From an uncultured delta proteobacterium (GTDB lineage: Bacteria > Desulfobacterota > Binatia > JACPRU01): a stretch of DNA of 64,000 nt. Position 1 is the stretch's first letter. Each line of letters begins with the position of its first letter. Position numbers and translations under genes: made by a program. Where the stretch lies: the NCBI GenBank assembly GCA_963745025.1, contig CAVUWD010000014.1:224001-288000 (forward strand), given 5' to 3'. Positions 41,322-51,978 of the stretch are shown here, in pieces. The notes under the pieces were generated by a model, which had not been told where the DNA came from, made no database searches, and saw only the letters and a list, made by a program, of their open reading frames with translations.

Positions 41322-43102
41322 GATCCCGGCCTCCGGCTCTTCGCTGCGCCGGGCGGACGTCTTCCGGCAAGGTCAGCCACCGCCGACACCAGTGCGCGCT
41401 GGCCGACGGGCTTTGTCAGGTGCAAACGATATCCGGCGGCGAGAGCCAGCTGCCGATCCATGGCGCCGGCGTATGCCGTCACCGCGATGGCCGGCACGGT
41501 TGCGGCGTCGCTCGAGCTGTGCGCTCGTATCTCACGCATGAGCGCGTAGCCGTCGAGCTCGGGCATGCTGATGTCGCTGACCAGAACATCTTGCTGCTTC
41601 CCTCCTCGTCGAAGGACTTCGAGAGCCTCGCGAGTCGAGCCCGCCGTCGTGACCGTCGCCCCACATACCGTCAGCAGGGTCGCCATGGCCTCCAGTGCGT
41701 CCTCATCGTCGTCGACCACCAGGACACGAACCCCCCTCAAGTCCTCCATCTCGACCGCGCGGTCTCGAGCGTCCTGGAATTCACGCGAAGCGGGATCAGT
41801 GCTCGAAGGCAGGAGGGGCAACGTGATCGCAAATGTCGAGCCGCGGCCCTCTCCGGCGCTCTCGGCGGTAACTTTGCCACCGTGGAGCTCGACGAGGTTG
41901 CGAACGATGGCGAGTCCGAGCCCGAGCCCGCCGTACTTCCTCGTCGAAGACTTGTCGACCTGCCGGAAGCGCTCGAAGACCTCGGGAAGCGCTTCTGCAG
42001 AGATCCCAATGCCCGTATCGCGAACGGTGATTCGTGCCTCGGCGCCCACCCGCTCGAGCACGACGTCGATCGAGCCTCCTCTCGGGGTGAATTTGATCGC
42101 GTTCGAGAGAAGGTTCTCCATCACTTGCTGTAGGCGAGCCTCGTCGCCGTTTACGGGCGCGTCGATCTCGTGGGACGTGAACCGCAGGCGAGTTCCCTGT
42201 GCCTCCGCGGCGGCGCGAGCACTCTCTACCGCAGCGCCGACGACCGTGGCGAGAGGCACCCTTTCCAATTCGAGGGAGACCTTCCCGGCGTTTATGCGCG
42301 CGATGTCGATGAGGTCGTCGACCAGGCGCACCTCCAGAGCGATCTTTCGCTCGATCGTCTCGAGGGCGCGAGCAGACTTTTCTCGATCGAGGATGCCCCG
42401 ACGCAACATCTGAGCGCACAGCAAAGCGGAGCTGAGCGGCGAGCGCAGCTCATGAGACAAAGTAGCCAGGAACTCGTCCTTGATGCGGTTCGCCTCCTGC
42501 GAAGCTCGGTAGAGTCGCGCGTGATCGACCGCGAGCCCTGCCCGCCGTGCGAGCTCCTCGGCAAGCGCCAGATCCACCGAGCTATAACTGTGCCCCGGCT
42601 TCGAGCGAGCGATGCTGATCGTCCCGAGGATCTGCCCGTGGACCGGAAGCGGAACACAAATGAAGGAGCGGAACTTCAAGCTACGGATCACGTCGGGGTC
42701 TACGTCCTCCGGCAGAGCGAGACATATCTGATCGGTGACCTCTGGCAGCCATGTCGATTCACCGGTGGAGAGCACCCTGGAGTGGCTGGGCGCAGAATGG
42801 ACGCTCAGCGGATGCTGTCGCGCGATTCTCCACACGAGCTCTTCTCGCTTCGGGTCGATGTCTGCCACCGCGACGCGACGGATCCTCTTTCCTTCCTCGG
42901 CCAGATCGACCACGCAAAAGTCCCCAAGCTGCGGTACGACCAAGCGCGCCAGATTTCCGAGTGTCGTTTCGTAGTCGAGCGAGCTGCCGAGAACCCGGCT
43001 CGCCTCGGAGAGAAATGCGAGCCGAGAGCTCGCCGCTGCTGCTTCGCTACGCGCCGCTTCTTCGCGCTTCAGCAGCTCGTCGCGTTCCGTTTTGGGAGGC
43101 AT
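41318..43102 (-). CDS. Hybrid sensor histidine kinase (GAF-HisKA-HATPase-REC)
   Basis: LSHELRSPL, NLLSNAIKFT, DTGIGI, GGLGLGL, C-terminal REC (SDISMP); no TM. Confidence 0.93.
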   Translation of the reverse strand: MPPKTERDELLKREEAARSEAAAASSRLAFLSEASRVLGSSLDYETTLGNLARLVVPQLGDFCVVDLAEEGKRIRRVAVADIDPKREELVWRIARQHPLSVHSAPSHSRVLSTGESTWLPEVTDQICLALPEDVDPDVIRSLKFRSFICVPLPVHGQILGTISIARSKPGHSYSSVDLALAEELARRAGLAVDHARLYRASQEANRIKDEFLATLSHELRSPLSSALLCAQMLRRGILDREKSARALETIERKIALEVRLVDDLIDIARINAGKVSLELERVPLATVVGAAVESARAAAEAQGTRLRFTSHEIDAPVNGDEARLQQVMENLLSNAIKFTPRGGSIDVVLERVGAEARITVRDTGIGISAEALPEVFERFRQVDKSSTRKYGGLGLGLAIVRNLVELHGGKVTAESAGEGRGSTFAITLPLLPSSTDPASREFQDARDRAVEMEDLRGVRVLVVDDDEDALEAMATLLTVCGATVTTAGSTREALEVLRRGGKQQDVLVSDISMPELDGYALMREIRAHSSSDAATVPAIAVTAYAGAMDRQLALAAGYRLHLTKPVGQRALVSAVADLAGRRPPGAAKSRRPGS

Positions 43103-43266
43103 ACGGTAAATGCGCCTTCTCTCCAGCCTCGGCGGAGATGTATACCCCGAATCAAGTCGCGGTCGTTATAAGGGTTTTCCCCGAGCCGCTGCGCCGGCAT
43201 GGGCAGTCTGAGCGACTGCACCTCTGAGGCGTTCGATCAGAGAAGAGAGAGCCCTCTATCGTGTTC

Positions 43267-44937
43267 TCACGGCCACGCGCGCGAGCTCTTCGAGAGCCTT
43301 CGCCCGGCGAGGTCTGCAACCACCGCGACGAGCGCTTCGGGATCGATCGGCTTTGCGAGGAGAGTCCGGAAGCCCGCCGCGACGGCCTGCTCGCGGTCCG
43401 CCTCCTTCGCGTACGAAGAGAGCGCGGCTGCGGGCGGCGCATCGCTGCCCTCGCGGGCAGCGATCTTGCGCATGAGGTCGTAGCCGCTTTCACCCGGCAT
43501 GACGACGTCGCTGAGGAGCACGTCCGGCCTCGAGCGCTCGATCGCTGCGAGTGCGTCGGCAGCCGACGCCGCGGTCCTCACCTCGGCGCCGCAGCTCTCG
43601 AGGAGGTATCGCAGGGCGTCGCACATGTCCCGATCGTCGTCGACGATGAGAATACGAATCCCCGCGAGCGCGCCGGGTTCCGAGCGCTCGCCGGCCTCAG
43701 CCGCCTCCGGCCGCACGGCCGCCTCTTTGGTGAGCGGGAGCTCGACCGTAAAGGTCGTGCCCTCTTCTCCACCCGGGCTCTCCGCGCGGACGCGACCGCC
43801 GTGAAGCTCGACCAAATGCTTCACGATCGCCAGCCCGGTCCCCAAACCGCCGTAGCTACGGGTGCTCGAGCTCTCCGCCTGGCGAAAGGGCTCGAAGACG
43901 TGCGGCAGAAACTCGCGACTGATCCCCTTCCCGCTGTCGATCACCTGGATTCGGGCGTCTGCGCCTGCGCGCTCGAGATGAACCTCGATGTGGCCGCCGT
44001 TCGGCGTGAACTTGATCGCGTTGGCGAGGAGGGTAGCGACCACCTGCTCGAGCCTGTCCGGATCGGCGGAGAGCAGCTTGACGGACCGATCGAAGGCGGC
44101 GTCGAGGCGGATCGACCTCCGCTCCGCCTGCGGCCGCAGTCCCTCGATCGCGGCCTTGATCAATCTCACCGGCTCGACGGCCCGTAGATCGAGGCGCAGC
44201 TCGGCGGTCGCGATGCACGAGAGGTCGAGCAAGTCGTCGATGAGCTTCGCCTGTGCGCGGACGTTGCGCTCGATCGCCTCGACTGCGCGGGCACGCTCGG
44301 CCTCGCCAGTGCCCTTCGAGCGCAGGACGTGAGCCCAGGTGAGCGTCGAGGAGAGCGGCGTTTTCAGCTCGTGCGACACCAGAGCGAGGAACTCGTCCTT
44401 CGCCCGGTTCGCCGTCTCGGCGGCACGCCTTGCCGACTCGAGCTGGCGGGTTCGCTCGGCCGCCTCGGCGCGAGCGAGCAGCATCGTCAAATAGGCGGCG
44501 AGCTTCGCCGCGACCAACGAGAGCGCACGGAGATGCCCCTCCCCGTACGCGCCTCTGGCGCGACGGACGAAGAAGACTCCGATCACCTCGTCGAGCCCGA
44601 CGAGCGGAACGGCGAGGTGCGACCCCGACGGCCTCGTGGGGGCTTGCGGCGCGCGCGTGTGCTCCTCGACGAAGAGCCCGAAGAACCTCATGAGCGTCTC
44701 CGTGAGCTGCTCCCGCTCGTCCGGCGGCGCCGGCGGCGTCACGACGAGGCGCGGCTCGCGGCCGGGCTCGGCCTCGAGCAGTGCGCACTGGTCGTACGGC
44801 AGGAGCTGCCGGAGGAGCTCGAGGACGCGGAGCACGCGCTCCGCCGATCCCTCCGCGGATTCGAAGACCAGCGCGATGTCGTAGAGCGTCTGGCTGAAGC
44901 GCTCCCGCCTCCGAGGCTCGCGCCGTCGCGTCCTCAC
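43267..44937 (-). CDS. Hybrid sensor histidine kinase (GAF-like-HisKA-HATPase-REC)
   Basis: VSHELKTPL, NAIKFT, DSGKGI, GGLGTGL, SDVVMP; GTG start overlapping upstream stop. Confidence 0.9.
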   Translation of the reverse strand: MRTRRREPRRRERFSQTLYDIALVFESAEGSAERVLRVLELLRQLLPYDQCALLEAEPGREPRLVVTPPAPPDEREQLTETLMRFFGLFVEEHTRAPQAPTRPSGSHLAVPLVGLDEVIGVFFVRRARGAYGEGHLRALSLVAAKLAAYLTMLLARAEAAERTRQLESARRAAETANRAKDEFLALVSHELKTPLSSTLTWAHVLRSKGTGEAERARAVEAIERNVRAQAKLIDDLLDLSCIATAELRLDLRAVEPVRLIKAAIEGLRPQAERRSIRLDAAFDRSVKLLSADPDRLEQVVATLLANAIKFTPNGGHIEVHLERAGADARIQVIDSGKGISREFLPHVFEPFRQAESSSTRSYGGLGTGLAIVKHLVELHGGRVRAESPGGEEGTTFTVELPLTKEAAVRPEAAEAGERSEPGALAGIRILIVDDDRDMCDALRYLLESCGAEVRTAASAADALAAIERSRPDVLLSDVVMPGESGYDLMRKIAAREGSDAPPAAALSSYAKEADREQAVAAGFRTLLAKPIDPEALVAVVADLAGRRLSKSSRAWP

Positions 44938-46407
44938 GGCTGTTCCTCTTCGGACCCAGTGGGAAGCCCCGTCAGTACCCCGCGAATGCTGGGGAAGCGC
45001 GGTCCGACCGCGATCCCGTCCGCTTCGAGGGTCATCCTGCGCACGTCGGTCGCGTGCCGCACGCCGCGCGCCTTCAGCACCGAGATGCCGCGCTCGAGGC
45101 GCCCTTCCACCTCCACGTACTTGAGCTGGATCACGTTGTCGGCGGCGAACGAGATCCCGTGGCCGGAGAGCTGGGCAGAGCCCAGCAGCTCGGCGATCTC
45201 CATGTTCATCTGGAGCGTGACGCCCCGGGCGCGGAAGTGTTTGGTGATGGCGTAGACGAGCTCCTTGAAACGCCGCTCGGAGGGAACGCCGAGCGCCATG
45301 CTCGTCAGGCTGTCGAGCACGGCGCGTCGCGCCCCGAGCTGCTCCACTTGCTGCCGCGCCCGATCGAGGAAGGTGTCGGTCGAGAGCTCGACGGGCGAGA
45401 CGTAGCTCAAGGTGAGGAGCCCGCGCTCTCGAGCGGCGAGGAGATCCCACCCGAAGCCCTGGGCGATCCCGCGAAGCTGGTCCGGCGTCTCCTCCAGCGT
45501 GAAGTGGATTCCCGCCTCGCCGCGCCGCGCTCCCTCGAGGAGGAACTGCAGGCCGAGCGAGGGTCTTGCCCGTCCCCGTCCCGCCCTGGACGACGGTCGC
45601 GCTGGCGCGCGGCAGCCCGCCGCCGAGCATCGTCGTCGAGCCCGCCGATCCCGGTCGCGACGCGCTCGGCGGTCGAGACCTCCTCGATGGCGACGGCATC
45701 CGGGCTGCGCACCCGCGGGAAGAACGCGAGCCCGTCGGAGCCGATCTCGAAGAAGTGGCGGCCGGTGACGTAGCCCGCGCCGCGCAGCTTCAGGACCTCG
45801 ACCTCGCGGACCGCGGTCAGCTCGTGACGCCGATTGGTGAAGCCGGATGATGCCGTCGGCGATCGCGAACTCGGCGCTCGGTCGAGATCTCCTCCTCCGT
45901 GTACTCGCCGACGAGGAGGCTCGTCGCGCCCCAGCTCGCCATGTGGACGGCGAGATCGTAGACGAACGTCCGCATCGCCGGAGCGTCGCCGAGGATGTCC
46001 CGGAGCGCCTTGAAGCTGTCGATGACGACGATCGCCGGCTCCTCGCGCTCCACGCGGCTCGCGATCTCGCTGAGCGTCGCCTCCGCGCCCTTGCGCCCGG
46101 ATCACCGAGCCGAGGTCGGCGAAGACGACCTCGCTTCATCGATCAGGCGCTCGTCGAAGAAGGAGAACTGCTGCATGTAGTCTGATGAGCTTCAGCGACG
46201 GCTCGGAGAGCGTCGTGAAGTAGAGGCCCTTCTTGCCCTGCCGCGCCAGGTGGAAGAGCATCTGGAGCGCGAAGATGGTCTTGCCCGCGCCAGGCTCTCC
46301 GGCGATCACGTTGACGGAGCGGAGCGGGAGCCCGCCGCCGAGGATGCGATCGAAGGCGGCGCTCCCCGTCGAGAGGCGCTCCGAGGCGTGGACGGCTCGA
46401 CGCTCAT
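44934..46407 (-). pseudogene. Double-domain KaiC/RAD55-like ATPase, multiple frameshifts (pseudogene or sequencing indels)
   Basis: GEPGAGKT, TLSEP, VIDS, IADGII, EVLKLRG; second domain GGTGTGKT, TLEE, LDSL, SFAADNVI, VLKARG spread over several frames. Confidence 0.8.
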
Positions 46408-46811
46408 GGCTGTTCCTCCTGCGCGAGAGATGACTCCCCGCTCTCGAAGCTCGGGGATTTGCTCGAGACGGCGGACGACGACGGACCCGGTCAACTCCAC
46501 GAGCAGCGGCCAGAGCTCGGCGACCAGCTCGCGCAGCGCGAGCGGCGTGCGCCCCGGCCCCGTCCGCCCACGCAGATGGGACCATGTAACGGTATTCGAG
46601 TTTCTCGCGCACGATGGCGAGCTGCAGCGAGCTCCGCGCAACGGGGCGCCGCACGCTGCGCCGCGCGACGCACGAGCGTAGCCGTGGCGGCGGTGCCGAG
46701 GACGTCGGCAAGCGCATCCCAGATGAGCGTGAAAAGGGCGGCCACAGACGGCTCGGCGCCGGCAGCGGCACTGGTCGCTCGTTCGCTCCCGAGAACGCGT
46801 CTAGAACTCAT
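46404..46811 (-). CDS. Small hypothetical partner protein upstream of the KaiC-like ATPase, frameshifted
   Basis: LIWDALADVLGTAATATLVRRA... then LWPLLVELTGSVVVRRLEQIPEL in another frame; overlaps ATPase start. Confidence 0.55.
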
Positions 46812-47509
46812 GTTTGTGCCCGGCGATCCCCACACTCTATATCTATCTATATCTATCCAGACCTCGGTTTCACTTCACCCGATGACGGCGCGAGGTTATA
46901 TAGGGAGTTTCCCTGATGACCTCGCGCCTTTGTGCAGGAAGCTGCTGGCGAGCAGTTCCGACTGACGTTGGCGCCGATTTTTCCTCTATACGGGACTGTC
47001 CTAATAGCGCTCGCGCACCACCTCGGCATTGCTGCGACATTGCTGATGCTCATCAAGAAGGTCACTTCCGATGCAAGCCCGATTTGATATCGCTACTGTC
47101 CTGTGTTTCACGGCCGCCCTCTTGGCCGAGTGTGCGTTGGGGCTCCCAAAACCGGAAGATGGAGCGCTGGATGACAGGGCCTCGGGCACAGGCGCGGGAG
47201 CGGCCGTCGGGCAGGAAACCGGCCGCAGGCAGGAGAATATGGAGGGGCAGCCCGATGAGGTCCACTGGCTCGGGAGAGCAGCAGAGTTTCATGACTACGG
47301 GCGCTACTACAAGTAGGCTTGCAGCGGTTCCGCGTCAGCCCAACCCGGGCGGGACCCATTGAACGCCGGGCTCAGCAGCACCGTGATCGCCAGCGGTGAT
47401 AACAATTTCCGCTTCGGCGCTTGCGCCCCGCTCTGGAGATCCCGAGGACTCTTCCAGGACCGCCGACATGACGGAAGCGCAGCTTTTCACGCACGGACGG
47501 AGCTCTTGC

Positions 47510-47764
47510 CTATCTCCAAAACGGCCACCAGGAACGGCTGTAGCTCCGGTCGCGAGCCTCCTGCTCTCTGTCCAGGCTTCGCTGCTCTTCCCGTTGATGA
47601 GCGGCGAGCTCGCGCTGCTCGTCGCTATCCCGGTTCCCGTAATAATCAGACGAACCGGACCAGTTAGAATGGCGACGCGGCATGTCACAGCCAAGAAGCG
47701 GCGTAAGCAGCAACCCGGCGAGGGGCAAAACGGCGAGAAACACAGGGCGTCTTCGACGATTCAT
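47510..47764 (-). CDS. Small putative lipoprotein
   Basis: Basic N-terminus, hydrophobic stretch, LLGC lipobox; RBS AGGAG. Confidence 0.5.
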   Translation of the reverse strand: MNRRRRPVFLAVLPLAGLLLTPLLGCDMPRRHSNWSGSSDYYGNRDSDEQRELAAHQREEQRSLDREQEARDRSYSRSWWPFWR

Positions 47765-47879
47765 CTCAGGTTATCTCCTTGAGCCATTGATGCAGTTTGG
47801 CCACCCCTCATTAGCGCCGGAACGGCACACTAATACTATGAGGGAATCCCCTGACAGGTGACCGTCAGTCCATCCTCCG

Positions 47880-48085
47880 ACCCGGGCCAGGACGAAGGTC
47901 ACAGTGATCTTGTTGTCCTTGTTCTTCAGGGAGGCCACGGCGAAGTCACGGGGCAGGCCCATGAAAGTGCCGAACGCGCCCTTCCCCTGAACGAGCTCGA
48001 GGCCCGAGATCGTGAGCTTCCCGGGGGCCTTCAGCGGCTCCTTGCTCACGTCCGACTGCAGATCGAGGTCGAGCGTGCCCTCTGA
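47880..48085 (-). pseudogene. DUF748-like fragment
   Basis: GTLDL..APGKLTISGLEL..FMGLPR..SLK..I.V.FVL fragment. Confidence 0.35.
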
Positions 48086-48316
48086 ACACGCGTCTCGTGG
48101 GCCTTGATGAGGATAACCCTTGGTGTCTTACGAGCGGGAATTCCTTCCCGAATTCAGGAAGCTATCCAGTGCCCCGTCGAAGTGACTCCCGAGTTTCTTA
48201 GTGAAGAGCCGACGCCTTGACCCTGGCACGCAAGGTGTGCTTTGCGTTCGTAGAAGAGGATCGACGCGCATTGGGGGGCGCCAACTAATACCGGAAGCAG
48301 CTTCGCAGGAGGCCCT

Positions 48317-48463
48317 ATGTCAACTCTGCTATTGATTCTGATCTTGCTTTTGCTGTTCGGCGGTGGCGGCGGTTATTACGCCTATGGACCGCGTGGTGGA
48401 ATCGGAATCGGCGGAATTGTCCTCATTATCCTGATCGTGCTGCTCCTCACAGGGCGTTTGTAG
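48317..48463 (+). CDS. DUF3309-like small membrane protein (48 aa)
   Basis: MSTLLLILILLLLFGGGGGYY..GIGGIVLIILIVLLLTGRL; RBS AGGAGG; below ORF-track cutoff. Confidence 0.8.
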   Translation: MSTLLLILILLLLFGGGGGYYAYGPRGGIGIGGIVLIILIVLLLTGRL

Positions 48464-48786
48464 ATACGGCGCTTCGGCCGCGGTCGAATCTGCGTGTGGA
48501 GCTTTCACCTCCGGCACCAAGGGACAGGGTTCAAACCGCGCTGAAGCGGTTCGGCGCCTTGGGGGGTGAAGCCGTTGTGGTCCTCCTCCAGCGTGCGAGG
48601 TGAGCAGGATGTTCAGCGATGTTTGATCGGCCGGCGCCAAAACATCTGGCGCGTCACCTTCCGCCACTTGGCGTCCTGGTTTCACCTTGCCGAATGACCG
48701 AGAGGTCGACGGCCTGAGCGAGATGGCTTTTCCCGGTGCCGGGTGGACCGAGGAAGAGAGCGTCTTATCGGGCGGAAGGAGACGAG

Positions 48787-49005
48787 ATGAACGCAGTCAA
48801 GATCGCGGCAATCGTGCTGATCGTGGCCGGCATCCTCGGGCTGGTGTATGGCAAGTTCAGCTACACCAAGGAGACCCACGAGGCCAAGCTGGGCCCGATC
48901 GAGCTCTCGGTGAAGGATAAGGAAACGGTCAACGTCCCGGTCTGGGCTGGCGTCGGGGCGATCCTTGTCGGCGGGCTGCTGCTTTTCGTGCCCAGCAAGA
49001 GCTAG
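48787..49005 (+). CDS. Small two-TM membrane protein (72 aa)
   Basis: IVLIVAGILGLVYG.FSYTKETHEAKLGP..VPVWAGVGAI; RBS AGGAG. Confidence 0.75.
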   Translation: MNAVKIAAIVLIVAGILGLVYGKFSYTKETHEAKLGPIELSVKDKETVNVPVWAGVGAILVGGLLLFVPSKS

Positions 49006-49837
49006 CTGCTGCATCAGGGCGCCTGCCCCTCGTTGCGGCGGACTCGCTCCGATCACCGCTCAGCTCGAACGTTGGGCGCACTCCTCGTTTCCTGATCATG
49101 CCGCAAACGCCGCACGTTCTCGGACAGACACGACTTGCCTTCGACCCGCCAGGCGCACAACCTAGGGAAGTGGCCCGCACGAAACAACTCGCTCCCCGTC
49201 GCACCAAGCAGGCCACGGAGCGCGCCTCGGTCGATGAGCCGCCGGTGGTCGCGCGACTCGTGGTCGAGATCCGCTCGGACGGCAGCCGCACGATCGCGCG
49301 CGGCGCACTCGAGGACGGGCAGCTCGGCGAGCGCACCTCGCTCAAGGTCGAGGGCGCGACGCCGTTTCAGCTCGCCCTCTCGCTGGTGAAAGCGCTCTTC
49401 CAAGCGCCGGCGTTCGCCCGCTCGGTGGCGCGGGCGCTGCTGGCCGAACGCACGAAGGACGCGACGAGCGATGATGAAGCGCAGGTGCATGCAGCGGCTC
49501 CGGGGCCCGGCGCAGCACGCCAGCGCGTCCCGAGATCAGGCCGACCCCCCACCTCCGGTACCACACCGTGAACACCGCGCACGCCAGCTGCCAGGCGATC
49601 GGCAACCCATATTCATCGATGCGCTTGAAGTTTCCATCCCCTTTGATGCAATGGTGGATTCCGATGCCGCGTTCAGCGATCCGGTTAATCCGTCGCGCTG
49701 GAGGGGGAGACTGAGCGCCGACTCCCTCCATCGGTCCGATGCTGGGGCGAAGGTTCTTGCCGATGCGATTGATCTCTCGCTGTTTCAGTCGGATGCAGCA
49801 GGTCCTCGACTTGGTCCACTGCCGCCCGGAGCGACCA

Positions 49838-50263
49838 ATGAGAAGAACACAGGGACCGTTCGCGCTTCTCATCATCGTTTCTCTGACCTCGCCTCTGCTC
49901 TCCTGCCGCAGCGCTCCACCGCCCGCGCCGCCGCCACCCCAGGTCGCCGTGCCCGAACCCAAGGGGCAGCTCTTCCACGCAACGGCGTATTCGATGGCAG
50001 GTAAGACCGCATCAGGCAGCCGTACGCGCCAGGGAATCGTCGCCGCCGACCCCGCCGTCTTGCCGCTCGGCACTCGCGTGCGCATAGAAGGCGCGGGTCA
50101 GTACGATGGAGAGTACGTCGTCACCGACACGGGTGGGAAGATCGACGGGCGCGAGATCGACATCTATGTCCCGAACGACGAGGAAGCGAAGCGCTTCGGC
50201 AACAAGACGGTACGTGTCGAGGTGCTGCAGAAGGGCGACGGGCGGCGCTCGTCGGCCAATTGA
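49838..50263 (+). CDS. 3D-domain lipoprotein (peptidoglycan-related)
   Basis: LLSC lipobox, ATAYS..TASG, VAADP.VLPLGT, DTGGKI..IDIY. Confidence 0.85.
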   Translation: MRRTQGPFALLIIVSLTSPLLSCRSAPPPAPPPPQVAVPEPKGQLFHATAYSMAGKTASGSRTRQGIVAADPAVLPLGTRVRIEGAGQYDGEYVVTDTGGKIDGREIDIYVPNDEEAKRFGNKTVRVEVLQKGDGRRSSAN

Positions 50264-50341
50264 GGTGAGGTCATGCGCTCTCTGAGCCCGCCAACCCTGG
50301 GTAATCGATTCGGCGGGGCGGCCCATGCCGCCGGTCCCGAT

Positions 50342-51220
50342 CTAAAGTGACTCCACCACCCCGAGCACGGCGGCGTCCGGCACGGCTGGCGTCTGGACTG
50401 CGGGAGTAGTCGGGTGCTGTACCTCGACGGTATAGAAGCGGATGAGTTCCGTGGTGACCTCGGGGCCGCCAAGGAAGGTCGGTCCCTCGTGCTTGAGCAG
50501 CCGGTAGGGCGGCATCGCCTGGAAATAGAGCGTGTTCTTGGGAACGACCGGCTGGATGATGTGCAGGAGGAAGTGCGGCCAGTTCGGCAGTATCGTCGCG
50601 ACGTCGACCTGTGCGGTGACCTTGAGCGCGGAGAAATTGCCAGCCGATACGCGTATCCGCTCGGTGCCCTTGGCGCAGACGTCCTGGCCAACATAGCTGT
50701 ACGGCGTAATCTGCTGATTCAGCGTGCCGCCGGCGCCTTCATGCGGCGCATCGAGAACGCGTAGAAACGCCACCCAGGGAACCGCATCAGGATACAGGTC
50801 AAGCGGCAGATTGCGCGCCCCGGCCAGCCGCGGCGATGCCGCATCGTTGCGCCAGAACCTGCTCTGCAGCGCGCGGCCGCCGTCGTACAGTGCCCATTGG
50901 AACATCGCGCACCCCGGTCGATGATTGGAAAATAGCCAGAAGGCGACTTCATACTGATGGCTGGGCAGGGTGGTCACCTCGATATGGATCGTGTCGTCAC
51001 CGACCATTTCGTTCCACGACTTGATCTGCTTCAGTACCTGGCCAGTCTGGTTCTCCGTCTGCCGGGTTTCGTCTACCTCGACGCCGGACGGCGGAGTGAT
51101 CATGTCACGGCTGGATTGCTCGCGGAACATCGCGCCGTCTAGGAGGCCGCGCGACACGAGCCACGCCTCGGTCGCGCCGGCCGTCGTGCTCGGCGCGGGC
51201 TCCGACTCCGGCAGACTCAC
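50342..51220 (-). CDS. Hypothetical protein coupled to the PPTase gene
   Basis: 292-aa ORF, GTGA overlap with PPTase stop. Confidence 0.6.
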   Translation of the reverse strand: MSLPESEPAPSTTAGATEAWLVSRGLLDGAMFREQSSRDMITPPSGVEVDETRQTENQTGQVLKQIKSWNEMVGDDTIHIEVTTLPSHQYEVAFWLFSNHRPGCAMFQWALYDGGRALQSRFWRNDAASPRLAGARNLPLDLYPDAVPWVAFLRVLDAPHEGAGGTLNQQITPYSYVGQDVCAKGTERIRVSAGNFSALKVTAQVDVATILPNWPHFLLHIIQPVVPKNTLYFQAMPPYRLLKHEGPTFLGGPEVTTELIRFYTVEVQHPTTPAVQTPAVPDAAVLGVVESL

Positions 51221-51978
51221 TCACTACTCCCGAGTGGTCCTGGCCATTGCCAACACGATAGAGACCAGCCGCGTCCCTCGACCGCAAGAGCGGCCGCGTA
51301 GCCGGAGGCAAGGCTCAGCTCCTTTAGAGACCAACGAAGGGCTTCGGCTGAATCTGGTTGGGTCCTCAGCAACGCTGCTGGTTCTCCGGGAATCAGCGAG
51401 ACGTCGAACTGGTCCAAGGGCAATGATAGTCCTTGGCCTCTGGCCTTGATGTAGGCTTCTTTGCGAGTCCAACCGAGAAAGAAGGCGTATTTCTGAACGT
51501 TTGTTGGAAGCGCCCGGAGTGTTACGGTCTCCGAATGCGAGAAAAATCTCTCGGCGATCTGCTCTACTTCTAAATCGCAGCGGATGAGCTCAAGGTCGAC
51601 GCCAACCTCGCGACCCCGAGTGATTGCATAGATAGACACGCCGTTGGAGTGGGACATGTTGAAGCTGAGCGCATCTCCGGCATGTTCCCAGGCCAACGCG
51701 GGCTTTCCATGAGAGCCGTAGCGGAAGGCCAGGCATTCCGGTGCTCTGTTCAAGTAGAGGCCGAGGATGGCCCTGAGTACTCCGTGAGCCGTGATAAAGC
51801 GCTCGCGGTCTCTCCGAAAGTAGAACCGCTCGGCCCTCGCTCGCTCATCTGCCGCAAGGGTATGTAGAAAGCTATCCATCTGCCACGCGGGCTCGTCCAG
51901 AGAGGCTCGCCAGACATGTACTTCGTCACTACCTAATACTATCGTCGCCGGTGGACAGCTCCACAGTGGACGAGTCAT
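51217..51978 (-). CDS. Sfp/HetI-type 4'-phosphopantetheinyl transferase
   Basis: GKP, FNMSHS, VGVDLE, WTRKEAYIKARG.GL. Confidence 0.93.
   Translation of the reverse strand: MTRPLWSCPPATIVLGSDEVHVWRASLDEPAWQMDSFLHTLAADERARAERFYFRRDRERFITAHGVLRAILGLYLNRAPECLAFRYGSHGKPALAWEHAGDALSFNMSHSNGVSIYAITRGREVGVDLELIRCDLEVEQIAERFFSHSETVTLRALPTNVQKYAFFLGWTRKEAYIKARGQGLSLPLDQFDVSLIPGEPAALLRTQPDSAEALRWSLKELSLASGYAAALAVEGRGWSLSCWQWPGPLGSSE

Noticed and set aside
43267-45699. 810-aa ORF as a KaiC-kinase fusion
   Set aside because: The upstream part is largely out-of-frame ATPase sequence; the ATPase stops at 44934 and the kinase starts at about 44937.
44934-46407. True circadian clock
   Set aside because: No kaiA or kaiB in the window; motifs fit the broader KaiC/RAD55-like family.
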